This document shows, piece by piece, positions 48,326-51,259 of a stretch of 51,259 bases of DNA. A program made the translations under genes and the position numbers. Origin of the DNA: Paecilomyces variotii (lineage: Eukaryota). Each line of letters opens with the position of its first letter. The stretch's first letter is position 1. The DNA is taken from the NCBI GenBank assembly GCA_004022145.1, contig RCNU01000024.1; one strand, 5' to 3'. The notes beneath the pieces were generated by a model that worked only from the letters and a program-made list of their open reading frames with translations, made no database searches and was not told the origin of the DNA.

Positions 48326-51259
48326 TTAATTCTATATTTCTAATAATAGAAATATAAATTTTTTCTAAATATATATTTTTTAATTTTTTAGACTAGCTTT
48401 ATAGTCTTAAAAGCCTTAATAAAAGCGCGTTGCCTCTAATTATAGATATACCTTCTATTTATTTTATAGCTTTTTATAATAATAAAGAATTCTGTCTAAA
48501 TAATAGAATTAGTCTATTTAATTCTTTCTATTAATATATTTAAGATATTATTTAAACCTATAATTAAAATAATAGCTAGAAATATATATAGAATTATAAT
48601 ATATTAATTAATAAGCTTAGATAGAAAAGTAATATTAGAAATAAGGTCCTAATATATTATAGATAACTACTTCTATATTTTAGTTTTTATAATATTTAAA
48701 GTTTAGTAATCCTTCTAGATACTAATATACTAAAAAAGAAGAGTATATTATATATATATAGCAGGTCCGGTAGATCTATAGAGTAATATAAAATATATAA
48801 TCTTAGTATTAAAGGTATAATAAACCTTATTAGTTTAATCTATACTAAAGTCTTTAATATTCTAGTATATAAATATCTAATCACTTATATAGTAAATAAA
48901 GCTTATTAATATTAATCCTTTTTACTATATATAAGACTACTATTACTTAAGCTTTCTATATATTTTAAGGAGAATCTATATATAGTTTCTTATATTCTTA
49001 TAGTTTAAAAAGATACTTCTCTAAATAATAATAAATCCCCTCTGGTATTTAATTAAATTAGGTATATTTATATTAATATACCGAAAATATATTAAATTTT
49101 CTAATTATATATACTTTATATAGTAAGAGTAAATAATTAAATACTAATTCTTATCTAGCTAATAAATAATATATTAAAGGTAATAAATAGAGTCTTAATA
49201 TATAACTTATTATATAATAAAGTAATATATTATTTATAATTATTTTAGGTTACTTTACTCCCTTACTTTATATTAGTAGTATTATAAGAAGATATATTAA
49301 GACTTAGCATAAAGTCTTTAAGCGAGTAGGTATTAAGAAGGAAGAGAAGGGTATTTAATTTTAGAGCTTAGAGTAAAGTTAGAGAAGAAGCTCTAGCTAT
49401 AAACTAATATAGTAAACTAATAATAATCTAATATTAAACTAATATTAAATAATAATAAAAAGGTAAAGCTAATTATTTCCTTCTAAATAACTTAAAGATC
49501 TCCCTCCTCTCCTCTATTATTTTGCTTATAGACTTTTTAAAGACTTTAAGTAGAAGTATATAATTTCTTAACTAATTATATTCTTTATACTAATCCTCTC
49601 TATTATATAGTATTCCTCTCTTTAAAAATAGATGCTCTTATTTATCTTCCTTAATTATTATAATCTATACTATTTCCTTCTTTTAATATTATAAATTATT
49701 CCTAAAGTAGGAATACTCTAGTTTTTAATATTATATATATTTTAAAATCTTTAATTTATAAAGCTAAGTTCCTTTCTTCTATAGATAATCTCAGATTAAT
49801 AATATATCTTATTTTAATATAAAGTATAGCTCTATTTTAACTTCTAAGTAATTTTAATTTAGCTAATTAAGTATTACTCTGCCTATAACTATAACTCTAT
49901 TTATCTAAATATTAAAAGGCCTAGATTCTCTTTAGTTAGATCTTATCTTATTTTATTCCCTATAATTAAAACAGCAGATATTATTAAAATCTATTTTTTA
50001 ATTCTCTAGTATTAGTTAATGCAGATTATTAATAAAGATTATTTTTCCCTACCTAAGTATAATATCTCTTAAGCCTATAATTTCCTTAGATTTATTTTTA
50101 ATAATTAGTCTAGTCCCTAAGATTATAAAGCCCTAATCTATTCTTTTCTTAGGGATTATAGTTTCTATATTTAATGCTTTTAGCTTATATCCTTTAAGAT
50201 ATTAGATCTATAACCTATATTTGCTATAATTATATAATACTAATTAGATTAAATAAACCTAGATATCTTATATAATAATCTTCTAGAGAATACTCTAAGA
50301 TAAATTCTTAAGCCCTATTAATTCTTTATCCTTTTTCTTATAATAAAGGGCTGCTTTTACTTCTATAATAATATATTATAATATTTTTTTTATTAATTTC
50401 TCTTTAAAAGATATAATTTAAAAAACCTTATTTACTTTCTAATAATTAAAATCCTCTCTTATTATAATATCTAACTAAATATATTAGTCCTATATCTTAT
50501 TTAGAGTAAAATTTTCTTTATTTAAGTTAAAATATTTTCTATCCCTATATTTAGATTTAGGATATTTTTTAGCTCTATATAAGTTATCTTAAGCTTTATA
50601 ATATAAGCTGCTAGATATATTATTAGAAGTATTTATATTAATTAACTTAAGATCTTTAAATAGTTAAACTATCCCTAATATTAGGGATTTCTTAGGGAGA
50701 AGATCTTTAGATAAGGTTTTTTTAACTTTTATTTTATTTTTATTTTTTATATTTTTAGGACTTCTTAGAATAGGGCTCTTTATTTTTTTTTAACCTAGCT
50801 ATTACTAGATATACCTAATATTTACTTAGCCTTTAAGTTATTTTTAAATTATATAGTTCTAATATTTTATATATTTTTTAAGTGCCCAGTTTCTTTTTTA
50901 ATAAAGGGGTTTTCTAAGTTTATTATAGAAAAGGAGGGCTTTATATTAATTCTTAAGGCTTTATTAAAAGGTTTTATTACTTATTTATTTTTAGAGATTT
51001 TATTTATAGACTATTTAGTTTCTTTAAATAAATTTTTATAAGAATAAGTTATTATTTTAAATAATCTTTTCTTCTATTATTTTATTACTGCTAGCTTTAT
51101 ATTTTTAACTATTTTTAATATTTCTCTAGCTTTTTTTATAGATATATTCTCCTTTATATTAATTATATTAACTAATAATTATATATATAGCTTATAAATT
51201 AAGTTAATCTTCCTAGAATAACTTACTATAAGACTTCTTAATCTCTTTAATAAATTATA

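Larger units (their letters stand above)
41105..51259. mobile_element. AT-rich block of RIP-mutated transposon relics, running off the window end
   Basis: Abrupt switch to very low GC. CpA/TpG are almost absent and TpA is pervasive, while surviving C/G sit in CT/AG, CC/GG and CG contexts. The track has no ORFs here. Contains an RT relic and direct repeats. Confidence 0.9.

Noticed and set aside
41105-51259. Mitochondrial insertion or contaminant as the source of the AT-rich block
   Set aside because: CpA/TpG depletion, the RT relic and the direct repeats indicate RIP-mutated transposons. Centromeric or subtelomeric location cannot be judged from this window.
48326-51259. Possible minus-strand gag zinc knuckle (KETGH near 50880) of another retroelement
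   Set aside because: Too degraded to assign by eye; it needs a deRIP consensus and profile search.

Overview
Filamentous-ascomycete genomic DNA (gene content and GT-AG/CTAAC introns fit Eurotiales). Bases 1-41.1 kb are euchromatic. They encode a PAS hybrid histidine kinase, an alpha/beta hydrolase, a GPI-anchored Cys-repeat surface protein, a tRNA-Ser gene, a nuclease-fold pseudogene, a sedolisin/aorsin-type S53 protease, a D-amino-acid oxidase / OPT transporter / Zn2Cys6 regulator trio, a spliced kinase-like gene that the ORF track fragments, a stand-alone SET protein, guanine deaminase and an internally deleted beta-lactamase-family hydrolase. A sugar transporter is then cut off at about 41,105 by a >10 kb AT-rich, RIP-mutated block containing a Ty3/gypsy RT relic and two LTR-like direct repeats. 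The most striking observation is the tRNA at 13523-13658. It has a serine body (long variable arm, G73) and is interrupted inside the anticodon (35/36) by a 55-nt intron with spliceosomal signals (GTAAGT...CTAAC...TAG). Only GT-AG removal restores a normal Ser(GCU) loop, which suggests a Pol III tRNA matured by the spliceosome. All calls are by eye; no database searches were run.
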